From: an uncultured Spirochaetota bacterium
GTDB lineage: Bacteria; Spirochaetota; Spirochaetia; SZUA-6; Fen-1364
Direction of reading: 5' to 3'
DNA: 64,000 nt
Assembly (NCBI GenBank): GCA_963734545.1
Contig: CAVTHO010000004.1
Span: forward strand, 288,001-352,000
Below are positions 10,506-18,852 of this stretch, in pieces. The position numbers and the translations under genes are program-made. Each line of letters begins with the position of its first letter. Position 1 is the stretch's first letter. Below the pieces are notes generated by a model that did no database searches, was not told where the DNA came from, and saw nothing but the letters and a program-made list of their open reading frames with translations.

Positions 10506-11455
10506 AAGCAACGCTCCCGCTCGCGGAGAAGGCGCGGCTGTTCGTGAGGCTGCGATGGTCCGACTTCATCTTCATGGGGATATTCGTCGTCCTGATCCTG
10601 ATCAGCTCCCTCATATCCGAAACTTTTTTCACTTCCCGAAACCTCATCAACATCTCCCGGCAGATCGTGACCAACGGTCTCATCAGCCTCGGAATGCTGA
10701 TCGTGATCCTCACCGGCGGCGTCGACCTTTCCGTAGGATCCATCGTGGCAATCTGCGGCATCATGGCCACCGGATTGCAGAAGCAGATGCCCACCCCCGT
10801 GGCAATCCTCGTCGCACTTGCCGTGGGAATCACCGTCGGAATGGCCAATGGCTTTTTCATCGCGCGCTTCAAGCTGCAGCCCTTCATCGTCACCCTCGCC
10901 ACCATGGGCATCATCCGCGGCGCAACCTATGTCTTCTCGGAGACCCCGCAATCGCCGGTTGATCCGCTGTTCCGTTCGCTTCTGGGGGGTGGATTCATTG
11001 GACCCATTCCGAGGGCGGCAATCATCATGCTCGTCTTCTTCGTCATTGTGTGGTTTTTTCTCAACAGGACGATCCCCGGGCGCGCCGTCGTGGCCATCGG
11101 CGGCAATGAGGAAGCGGTCCGCCTTGCCGGCATCAACGTCAAGGGGCACCTCCTCATGGCGTACATGGTCTGCGGTCTGTTTGCCGCCATCGCGGGCGTC
11201 CTCCTGGCATCCCGGCTCGGCATCGCGCAACCGAGCTTCGGGGCCGGCTTCGAGATGGACGCGCTTGCCGCCGTGGTCATCGGGGGCGGAATCATGGGCG
11301 GAGGCGGCGGCGGGGCCATCGGGACATTATGGGGGGTGCTCATCCTGGGGGTCATCGACAACCTGTTGAATCAATACAACGTCCAGTCGTACTATCAGCA
11401 GATCATCAAGGGTCTCATCATCCTCGCCGCGGTGCTCTCGCGGAGGAAAAAATGA
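10502..11455 (+). CDS. Sugar ABC transporter permease (RbsC-like)
   Basis: ILTGGVDLSVGS, PFIVTLAT, AIGGNEEAVRLAGI, AAVVIGG; multiple TM segments. Confidence 0.92.
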   Translation: MKATLPLAEKARLFVRLRWSDFIFMGIFVVLILISSLISETFFTSRNLINISRQIVTNGLISLGMLIVILTGGVDLSVGSIVAICGIMATGLQKQMPTPVAILVALAVGITVGMANGFFIARFKLQPFIVTLATMGIIRGATYVFSETPQSPVDPLFRSLLGGGFIGPIPRAAIIMLVFFVIVWFFLNRTIPGRAVVAIGGNEEAVRLAGINVKGHLLMAYMVCGLFAAIAGVLLASRLGIAQPSFGAGFEMDALAAVVIGGGIMGGGGGGAIGTLWGVLILGVIDNLLNQYNVQSYYQQIIKGLIILAAVLSRRKK

Positions 11456-11489
11456 GACCAGGGTATTCGCGCACGGGGAGGATATCGCA

Positions 11490-11966
11490 ATGAGCGGCAC
11501 GGACAAACCGGATTTCGAAAAGCGGCTGCGGGACCTGGGATTCGCCGTCCCCGCGCTTCCTCCGCCCATGGGCCTCTACGTTCCCGCGGTGAGGACGGGT
11601 TCCCTGGTTTTTTGTTCGGGGCAGGGACCCTCCGTCGACGGAGTGTTGAAGTACATCGGCAAGGTCGGGGACACGCTGACGCTGGAGGACGGCTTCCAGG
11701 CCGCGCGCATCGCCGCTTTGAACTGCCTGGCGGAGGTCCGGTCGGTGATCGGCTCCCTGAACAAAATACGCCGCATCGTGCACCTGAGAGGATTCGTGAA
11801 CAGCGCCCCTGATTTCTTCGACCAGCCCAAGGTCGTGAACGGCGCCTCCCAGCTCGTGCTGGACGTATTCGGAGAGGCGGGCAGGCATTCGCGCGCCGCC
11901 CTGGGCACGTCCAACCTCCCCTCGAATATCGCCGTCGAGCTCGAGATGGTCGTCGAGGTGGAGTGA
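11490..11966 (+). CDS. RidA/YjgF family protein
   Basis: YVPAVRTGSLVFCSGQGP, VNGASQL, GRHSRAALG, AVELEMVVE. Confidence 0.88.
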   Translation: MSGTDKPDFEKRLRDLGFAVPALPPPMGLYVPAVRTGSLVFCSGQGPSVDGVLKYIGKVGDTLTLEDGFQAARIAALNCLAEVRSVIGSLNKIRRIVHLRGFVNSAPDFFDQPKVVNGASQLVLDVFGEAGRHSRAALGTSNLPSNIAVELEMVVEVE

Positions 11967-11992
11967 GCGGGGAAAGCCTCCGCGCTGCGCCC

Positions 11993-12388
11993 TCAGTCCA
12001 GCCTTCCCTTCCCCCGAGACACGCTGAACGTTCCCGCGCCGAGGAAGAAGACCGCCAGGGCGGTCAGCAGGTAGAAGGCCTCCAGTTCGATGCCCCATCC
12101 GCCCCCGCGGTTGATGGTGAGGGCGAGCTTCCACGCTTCCAGGGAGATCGCCATGACCATGTTGAAGGCGACCACGAGCGCCGCAACGCGCGTCCAGAGA
12201 CCGATGACAAGGAAGATCGGCGCCACGACCTCTCCGACGTACACGCCGTAGGCGATGAAGGTGGGCAGGTGCATGGCGGCCAGGGGCCCGCTCATCCACG
12301 CAATCCCGTGAATGAGCTTGTTGACGCCATGAAAGAGGATCAGACCCGCCAAAGTGAGGCGCAGGATCAGTTTTCCGGTGTCTTGCAT
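11993..12388 (-). CDS. DoxX family membrane protein
   Basis: LILRLTLAGLILFHG..K, GLWTRVAAL, GAGTFS; four TM segments. Confidence 0.85.
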   Translation of the reverse strand: MQDTGKLILRLTLAGLILFHGVNKLIHGIAWMSGPLAAMHLPTFIAYGVYVGEVVAPIFLVIGLWTRVAALVVAFNMVMAISLEAWKLALTINRGGGWGIELEAFYLLTALAVFFLGAGTFSVSRGKGRLD

Positions 12389-12552
12389 ATTGAAAAAGCT
12401 ATGGTCTCCCGCGCCCCGGGTCAAGCCGCGGAGAGCGTCACTTACGACAGCACCGGAGGCTTCCGGCCTGAAGAGCGGCCTTGCGCCACGGGCATCTTGT
12501 GGTGCTCATCCGATGTTTATAGAATGCGCGATGATCGGGCGAGGGTACGCGC

Positions 12553-12870
12553 ATGGAACAGCTTGTCTACCAGGAGATGACCGAGGAGGAAAAGAGCCTT
12601 GACTGGTTCATCACCACGACGGTGCTGTCCGACGCGCTCCTCCTGAAGTCTCTGGAGGAACGCCAGTCGGGAAAGGAGAAGCACGCCATCATCGCCGTGG
12701 TGGAGAACGGGGCGCTGAAGGATGCATACGTGAGCCCGGAAAGCGCCGTGATAAAGAACTTCCCATTCGACCAGGTTCGCCATGCTTTCGAGTACTACGA
12801 GATCGGAGACGAGATCTGCCTGGTGATCGTCAGGGACAACAAGGTCGTGATTTCGATCAGGGGAGATTGA
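12553..12870 (+). CDS. Hypothetical protein
   Basis: 105 aa with coding-like composition, RBS GAGG, stop overlaps the next start (TGATGA). Confidence 0.7.
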   Translation: MEQLVYQEMTEEEKSLDWFITTTVLSDALLLKSLEERQSGKEKHAIIAVVENGALKDAYVSPESAVIKNFPFDQVRHAFEYYEIGDEICLVIVRDNKVVISIRGD

Positions 12871-13586
12871 TGACGCACTTCAGGGTCGCGCTCATCGGTG
12901 ACTATGACCCGTCGGTCACCGCCCATCAGGCCATCCCGCGGGCGCTTGCGGCGGCGGGCCGGGCCCTGGGCGTCACGGTGACCGGGGAGTGGATCGGCAC
13001 GCCCGCGGTGGAACCGGACCCGGCCCGCCAGCTCTTCGGCTTCCACGCCCTCTGGTGCGTGCCGGCAAGCCCCTACGCGAGCATGGACGGCGCGCTGCGG
13101 GCTATCCGGTTCGCCCGGGAAGCTCCGCGCCCGTTTCTGGGCACGTGCGGCGGCTGTCAACATGCCCTGCTCGAGTACGCGAGAAACTCGCTGGGAATCA
13201 CGGAAGCGGATCACGCCGAAACGAATCCCTCCGCGCGCCTGCCATTGATATCCGAGCTGTCCTGCGCCCTGGTGGAGATGTCCGGATCCATCCTGCTGGC
13301 GGAGGGCTCAAAGATTGCCGGAATCTGCGGCACGCGTGAGATCGAAGAGACCTATCATTGCAGCTATGGGTTGAATCCCCGATTCGAGCACCTCTTGAGT
13401 CGATCGGCGCTCACGATCAGCGGGCGCGATAGACAGGGTGAGGCCCGGGCGTTCGAGCTCGCCACTCATCCCTTTTTCATCTGCACGCTTTTTCAGCCCG
13501 AGCGCGCCGCGCTGGCAGGAAAAAACCATCCGCTCGTACACGCATTTCTTGCGTCCGCAATCGAGCGGCAAAACGACCCTGCCTGA
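12870..13586 (+). CDS. Stand-alone CTP-synthase-type glutamine amidotransferase domain
   Basis: VALIGDY, LWCVPASPY, FLGTCGGCQHALLEYARN, YHCSYGLN, FFICTLFQPER. Confidence 0.8.
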   Translation: MTHFRVALIGDYDPSVTAHQAIPRALAAAGRALGVTVTGEWIGTPAVEPDPARQLFGFHALWCVPASPYASMDGALRAIRFAREAPRPFLGTCGGCQHALLEYARNSLGITEADHAETNPSARLPLISELSCALVEMSGSILLAEGSKIAGICGTREIEETYHCSYGLNPRFEHLLSRSALTISGRDRQGEARAFELATHPFFICTLFQPERAALAGKNHPLVHAFLASAIERQNDPA

Positions 13587-13642
13587 TTATTTGGAAATAC
13601 CTTACAAAAGAAGTAATGTATTAATGAAGAAGAGCTGGCAGG

Positions 13643-14485
13643 ATGCTCCTCAGGGACAGGCCGTACATCATCGAGCTCCTCACGCCCAAGCAGAGCGACG
13701 AAGACTTCGAGCAGAAGCTCGAGGTCTTTGCGCAAAGGTACCGCAGGATCCTCGACAGCAGCGCCATCGTCTCGGTGTGCGACAATCCGCTGGGCAACAT
13801 CCATTTCACGGCCATGGAGGTCGTGGGATTCCTGGGGCTTCCGCTGGACCCGGAGTGTACCCTCCTTCACCTCAACTCGTTCCATAGAAAAGTCGATTTC
13901 GACCTGTTTCTCCGCTACGCGCGGGAAAAGGGCCTCAGGTACCTGCTCGTGGTCAGCGGCGACGGCGGGCCGCGGCTGACCCGGCTCGAGCCCGCGGAGC
14001 TGGGCATCGAAGCAAAGACCGTCACCTCGGTGGAATTGCTGCGCTACATCGAACGCGAGCACGGCGGATTCTTCACCTGCGGTGTTGCCTTCAACCAGTA
14101 CGAGCCCCTGAAAGAGGAAAGGGAGAAGCTCCATCGAAAGCTGCAGGCAGGCGCCCGTTTCGTCATTACGCAGCCCGTGATCGCGGCGGATTCCCTGGTA
14201 GAGGGGCTTCGTATCGAAGGGGTCCCGGTCTTCGTCGGCGCCTGGATGTCCAGGCGCATCGATCCTCTCTGCGAATGCGTCGGAGTAAAGAAGCCGGAGC
14301 CTTCAGACTATGATCCGGTCTCCAATCTGTCCCGGATACACGACCGGTTCACGGACTGGGGGATCTACCTGTCACAGCTCGGATTCAAACGCCCGTGGGA
14401 GAATCTCCTGACCCGCATGCCTGCCCGGAGCGCCGCGGGCACGGCAATCTCACAGCCAGGTGACCAGCTCGATCACGGTCAGTGA
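13643..14485 (+). CDS. Methylenetetrahydrofolate reductase-like flavoprotein
   Basis: IELLTPK, VSVCDNP, LVVSGD, GVAFNQY, KLQAGARFVITQP. Confidence 0.7.
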   Translation: MLLRDRPYIIELLTPKQSDEDFEQKLEVFAQRYRRILDSSAIVSVCDNPLGNIHFTAMEVVGFLGLPLDPECTLLHLNSFHRKVDFDLFLRYAREKGLRYLLVVSGDGGPRLTRLEPAELGIEAKTVTSVELLRYIEREHGGFFTCGVAFNQYEPLKEEREKLHRKLQAGARFVITQPVIAADSLVEGLRIEGVPVFVGAWMSRRIDPLCECVGVKKPEPSDYDPVSNLSRIHDRFTDWGIYLSQLGFKRPWENLLTRMPARSAAGTAISQPGDQLDHGQ

Positions 14486-14974
14486 CACGATCCTGCAGTC
14501 CCGCACCAGGGCCTCCACCTTGAACAGCGGATAGGACCTGCCGTTCGGTCTCTTCCGGTCCGGCTCGAGCGAAAACCGGACCGTGTCCCCTGACACCCCG
14601 ATGCGCGTGTCATGATAGACTGGTCCGTCCGTCGACATGCCCGGCAGATGCCAGCGCACGCCGCGCGCGTCCGCAAGGAATTGCCGGATTGCCTTTCTGC
14701 CCTTCAGATGCTTCTGCGCCATGATGTAGCCGTTCACGCCTGTTGCCCATGTCGCAAAGACCGCGTCATCCGCCAGGTAACTCGCGCCGGCCTCGAAGTT
14801 GCGCGCGTCATTCGAGTCGTAGAAGGCCCGCAGGACTGCCAGCGGGTCGGAACAAGGAGCGGAAACGCCGGGGACGACAGCACCCCCCGCAGCGCTTCCG
14901 CAGGGTCCCCCGCGGCGATCCCCGCGGACACCAGCCACGGCAAAGAACGAGAGAAGCGCCGCAGTCCTGATCAC
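14450..14974 (-). CDS. Exported SnoaL/NTF2-like hypothetical protein (N-terminal region may contain indels)
   Basis: DPLAVLRAFYDSNDARNFE...YLADDA...LKGRKAIRQFL, C-terminal VRDCRIVSL; start overlaps the AKR stop. Confidence 0.5.
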   Translation of the reverse strand: MIRTAALLSFFAVAGVRGDRRGGPCGSAAGGAVVPGVSAPCSDPLAVLRAFYDSNDARNFEAGASYLADDAVFATWATGVNGYIMAQKHLKGRKAIRQFLADARGVRWHLPGMSTDGPVYHDTRIGVSGDTVRFSLEPDRKRPNGRSYPLFKVEALVRDCRIVSLTVIELVTWL

Positions 14975-16006
14975 GAGCGTGCCGGCATCTCCAGCCTTCC
15001 CGCGCGCTGCTGTTGCTCGGCAGCATCGTCATAGGGGTAGGAAACAGGCAGGGCGCTTGCGGCGTCGAGACGGCGCATATGCTCGTCGCTCAACTGCCAG
15101 CCGATGGATCCCAGATTGTCGTTGAGCTGTTCCATGGAACGGGCGCCAAGGATGGGAGCGGTGACGACAGGGTTCTGAAGAAGCCAGCGGAGCGCGGTCT
15201 GCGCGGGAGTCTTGCCGACCTGCTCGGGCAACCGCGAGAAGCTCGTCGATCGTCTTCCACGTGGCCTCATTGTTGTACCTGCTCCACGCCTCCGACCAGC
15301 CCTGTTTTTCCGCCATGTCGACACGGCTGCCCTCCGCGGGACTCTTCATGCCGCGGCGGTACCTGCCGCTGAGCCATCCGCCGCGCAGCGGGCTCCAGGG
15401 AATGACGCCGAGGCCCTCATTCCGGCATACCGGAAGGATCTCGAACTCGGTTGCCCGGCACATCAGGTTGTACTGGGGCTGCAGGCACACGAATGGCTCC
15501 CAGTTGTGGGAACGGGAAAGATCGATCGCCTTCTGGAGCTGCCAGCCGCGGAAGTTGCTGGCCCCGATGTACCGCACCCACCCTCGCGCCACCAGCTCGT
15601 TCAGGGCGCCCAGGGTTTCTTCAAGCGGAGTGACCGGGTCCCATGCGTGGACCTGGTAGAGATCCACGTAGTCGGTCCCGAGACGCCGGAGACTCTCCGT
15701 CACGGCCGCATGGATGTGCGCGCGGCTCAAGCCGACGTCATTGGGCCCCGGCCCCATGGAAAACCGGACCTTGGTCGCAATGACGAAGCTTTCCCGGCGC
15801 TGGCGTTTCAGCCACCTGCCGACCACTTCCTCCGATTTTCCCGCCGAGTACACGTTCGCCGTGTCGATGAAGTTGCCGCCGGCCTCCACGTAGCGATCCA
15901 GCATGGCGTGGCTCTCCGCTTCGCTCGCTTCGCGGCCGAATGTCATTGCTCCCAGGCAGAGCTCGCTGACCTTGAGCCCTGTTTTTCCCAGATGTCGGTA
16001 TTCCAT
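14971..16006 (-). CDS. Aldo/keto reductase; apparent frameshift near 15228
   Basis: [51 protein letters not shown]; C-terminus [11 protein letters not shown]...[11 protein letters not shown] in a second frame. Confidence 0.9.
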
Positions 16007-16054
16007 GAGGCCCAATGTAAACAGAGCGGAGAGCCGCGTCGAGTCAATCTTTCT

Positions 16055-17695
16055 TCAATATCCTTTTATGTAGGCCCAGATCACCTTGGGAGGCAATCTC
16101 GGTTTCCTGCATATGTATACCGTGTTCCTGTTGTAGGGCATCGCAAAATCGTTTGTGATGACTGCTTTCTTCTGCACGTCCTCGAAGAAACCCTTCCACG
16201 TATCCATGGTGGCGCTCACGAATACCATTACCTCCCAGGTGTACTCACCCGGCCCCCACCGATAGTAGTTCATGTGCCCGCTCACCGCATGAGGAAGCCC
16301 ATAGCGCGGCCCCAGGAGATCTATCGCGCCTGCCGGGCCATACCAATCGCAAAAGATGCCGGCTTTTGCCTGGTCTTCCGGAGGAAGGCTGTGAAAAACC
16401 TCGCCGACTGTCCGCACGAGGTCATCCCAGCCGATCCTGTTGGAGAACTCCTGCGGATAGTCCGACTTGGGATCGTTGAAATCCTTCACGGGCTTGTAGA
16501 GAAAGCCGAACGTCCTGGCATATGACGGCAGGAGATCGATAGGCAGCAGCGGCAGGCTGGCCGGCGCGACGAGGATTCCGCCCGCGACCATGAGGGAAAC
16601 CGCAGCGATTCTGGCTCCCTTCTTCCCGCCTGCCCCGGTGAGCGCCTCTTCCACCCACACGGCGCCTGCGGCAATGAGGGGGATGCAGACCTCCGCCAGC
16701 ATCATGGCCCTTGCGTGCAATACGAACAGAAGCACGAGCGTGACAAGAAACAGGATGCCGAGGACAGTGCAGCGAAATCCGCCGGGTACGGCGGCGCCCA
16801 ATCCGCTGGGTACGGCGGCGCCTAATCCGCCGGGTACGGCGGCGCCCAATCCGCCGGGTACGGCGGCGCGGGTGTCACCGAAGCGCTTGAAAATGCGATA
16901 CAGCCCGAACCCGAGGAGCGGAATGAGGACCGGGTTCATTGTGAGAACGATGTTGATGAAGTACTCGGGGATGGTCGAGTGATACAGCTTCAGTGAGCTG
17001 TACCTGCCCCAGTGTGCCAGGGTCGGCCAGTGATTGACATACTGCCAGATCACATAGGGCGATATGATGACCAGGAAAACCCCCACCGCCAGCCACGGCC
17101 AGGGCGTCAGCAGTTGCCGGCGCTGCCGGGAGGCAAGCAGGCCGATCAGGAGACCAGGCCCCAGGAACAGGATGGTTGCCTTGGTCATGAAGGCGATTCC
17201 CGCGGTCACCCCCAGCGCGATCCAGAGCCTCCTGTTCTCCGTACGGATGAGCTTCACGAGGAAGTAGAGGAAGATGGCGAGGACGAGCTGATCGATGCTG
17301 TCGTAGCAGAAGAAAGAATCCAGGATCAGCCAGACTGGAGCGATGATGAATCCGAGCGCGGCAACACCCGTGGCAAACAATTTCCCGCCGAGCTCCCGGG
17401 TGATGAGGCACACGAAGACAAGCGTGGCCGCTCCGGCGAGCGAAGGGAAAATGTGGATTGCAAGCAGAGATTCTCCGAACAGCACGCGGCTGACCGCGTG
17501 CAGGGCGGGGACAAGCGGGGGCAGGTCGACATAGCCCAGGGCAAGGTGCTTGCTGAGGGCAATGGTGTACAGCTCGTCGCAAAAATAGCCGTACGCCTGC
17601 CCGGTCAGAATGTGAACGAGAAACTTCGCGGCGGCAAAAGCAGCCACGAGCAAAGCAAAGCTCGAAAGGCCGAACAAGCGCCTCTCATTCTGCAT
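16055..17695 (-). CDS. Glycosyltransferase family 39 (ArnT/PMT-2-like) membrane protein
   Basis: YGYFCDELY, LGYVDLPPL, many TM segments, WYGPAGAID, SGHMNYYRWGP. Confidence 0.85.
   Translation of the reverse strand: MQNERRLFGLSSFALLVAAFAAAKFLVHILTGQAYGYFCDELYTIALSKHLALGYVDLPPLVPALHAVSRVLFGESLLAIHIFPSLAGAATLVFVCLITRELGGKLFATGVAALGFIIAPVWLILDSFFCYDSIDQLVLAIFLYFLVKLIRTENRRLWIALGVTAGIAFMTKATILFLGPGLLIGLLASRQRRQLLTPWPWLAVGVFLVIISPYVIWQYVNHWPTLAHWGRYSSLKLYHSTIPEYFINIVLTMNPVLIPLLGFGLYRIFKRFGDTRAAVPGGLGAAVPGGLGAAVPSGLGAAVPGGFRCTVLGILFLVTLVLLFVLHARAMMLAEVCIPLIAAGAVWVEEALTGAGGKKGARIAAVSLMVAGGILVAPASLPLLPIDLLPSYARTFGFLYKPVKDFNDPKSDYPQEFSNRIGWDDLVRTVGEVFHSLPPEDQAKAGIFCDWYGPAGAIDLLGPRYGLPHAVSGHMNYYRWGPGEYTWEVMVFVSATMDTWKGFFEDVQKKAVITNDFAMPYNRNTVYICRKPRLPPKVIWAYIKGY
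16776..16869. repeat. In-frame 24-bp tandem repeat (about 4 copies) of a hairpin unit inside the GT39 gene
   Basis: AATCCGCCGGGTACGGCGGCGCCC units start at 16776, 16800, 16824, 16848; encodes (AAVPGGLG)n. Confidence 0.92.
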
Positions 17696-17906
17696 GCGTA
17701 CCTCCACATCAGGCGGCAATCGGGCCACTATAAGGGAGGCGTTTCGGGCTGTCTTTGGACGCTGCGGCTATTTTGTGCACTTTCTGGCATATCGGGGAAA
17801 TAAGGGATTCTGCTTGACGACGGTCATGGGTTCCCGTACTGGTCGCGCAAACCCCGAGTGGCCAGGTGCACTATCCCGCTTCGAGCTTTGGAAGTAAGTT
17901 TGATTC

Positions 17907-18230
17907 ATGGTCATACGCATCCTCACATTCGAAGGTTGTCCGAGCTGCGAGGCGACCAGAAGACTGGTGGAAGAAACTGTGAATGAGCTTCACCTTCACG
18001 CTGAGATTGACTCCATCCGTATCGATGGAGAGGACGAGGCTCGACAACAGGGATTTCTCGGATCACCGACCATCCAGGTTGACGGCCGGGACATAGAAGT
18101 GAGCAGGCGTGGAGGCAAGGCTGCTTTTGCCTGCCGCCTCTACCAGACTCAGAACGGCGTCGACGGCGTCCCGCCCCGGAGCCTTCTTGTAGCTGCGATC
18201 AGAGAAGCTCAGCAGGGCGCAGCGAAGTGA
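17907..18230 (+). CDS. Thioredoxin-like protein (CxxC)
   Basis: FEGCPSC, GFLGSPTIQVDGRD, ACRLY. Confidence 0.75.
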   Translation: MVIRILTFEGCPSCEATRRLVEETVNELHLHAEIDSIRIDGEDEARQQGFLGSPTIQVDGRDIEVSRRGGKAAFACRLYQTQNGVDGVPPRSLLVAAIREAQQGAAK

Positions 18231-18257
18231 AAATCTCTTGAATGCCGCACCCGACGG

Positions 18258-18716
18258 CTACCTCGTCTTCCATCTGAGGAAGAGCGGCTTGGCCTCCTTG
18301 AAGAGCCACTTGCCAATTGTGATGGTGTTCGCGTCCTCGGTCTTCAGATCCGCGGTGATCGCCACGGGATTGCATCCGCCCTTGATAATCTCCACCTGGC
18401 TGGCCTTGAACCGATTGCGGCAGTTCTGGCAGACGAGCACGTCTCCCTGCTGCACATAGTAGCCGCGCCCGGATGAGTAGCACACCTGGCAGGTATTGAA
18501 GGCGGTCCTGACCGTCCCATCCGGTGCCCGAAGCGCCAGCACCTCCATGAGCACACCGTCCAGCTTGTAAGGGTAGAACTTCGCAGCAGCCGTGACCTCC
18601 TTCTTCTGAATCTGCAGGTCGCCGTTGGGAAGAATCCTGCCTCCCGCAAACCCGGCCAAAGCGCCGACAGTCAAAGCGAGCACCGCGGATACCGTAACGG
18701 CTAGTTTCCTTTGCAT
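18258..18716 (-). CDS. DUF2318 family (predicted Fe-S/metal-binding) exported protein
   Basis: N-terminal TM/signal; AFNTCQVC, GYYVQ..DVLVCQNC, GGCNP. Confidence 0.82.
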   Translation of the reverse strand: MQRKLAVTVSAVLALTVGALAGFAGGRILPNGDLQIQKKEVTAAAKFYPYKLDGVLMEVLALRAPDGTVRTAFNTCQVCYSSGRGYYVQQGDVLVCQNCRNRFKASQVEIIKGGCNPVAITADLKTEDANTITIGKWLFKEAKPLFLRWKTR

Positions 18717-18763
18717 GTGAAATGCTCCTTCTGAGGTGTGGTGTATCGGAATCTAGCCCACCG

Positions 18764-18806
18764 GTGTGAAGAAAGTGTGAATGCCCGCCTTCACAAATCC
18801 TTCACA
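18764..18806. promoter_or_regulatory. Two oppositely oriented direct-repeat boxes (CTTCACA-N4-CTTCACA type) between divergent genes
   Basis: GTGTGAA-GAAA-GTGTGAA (18764-18781) and CTTCACA-AATC-CTTCACA (18789-18806). Confidence 0.7.
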
Positions 18807-18852
18807 TGCGGCGCCTATACTCACGCGCATCCAGGTTCTGCGGGGAGGTTTC

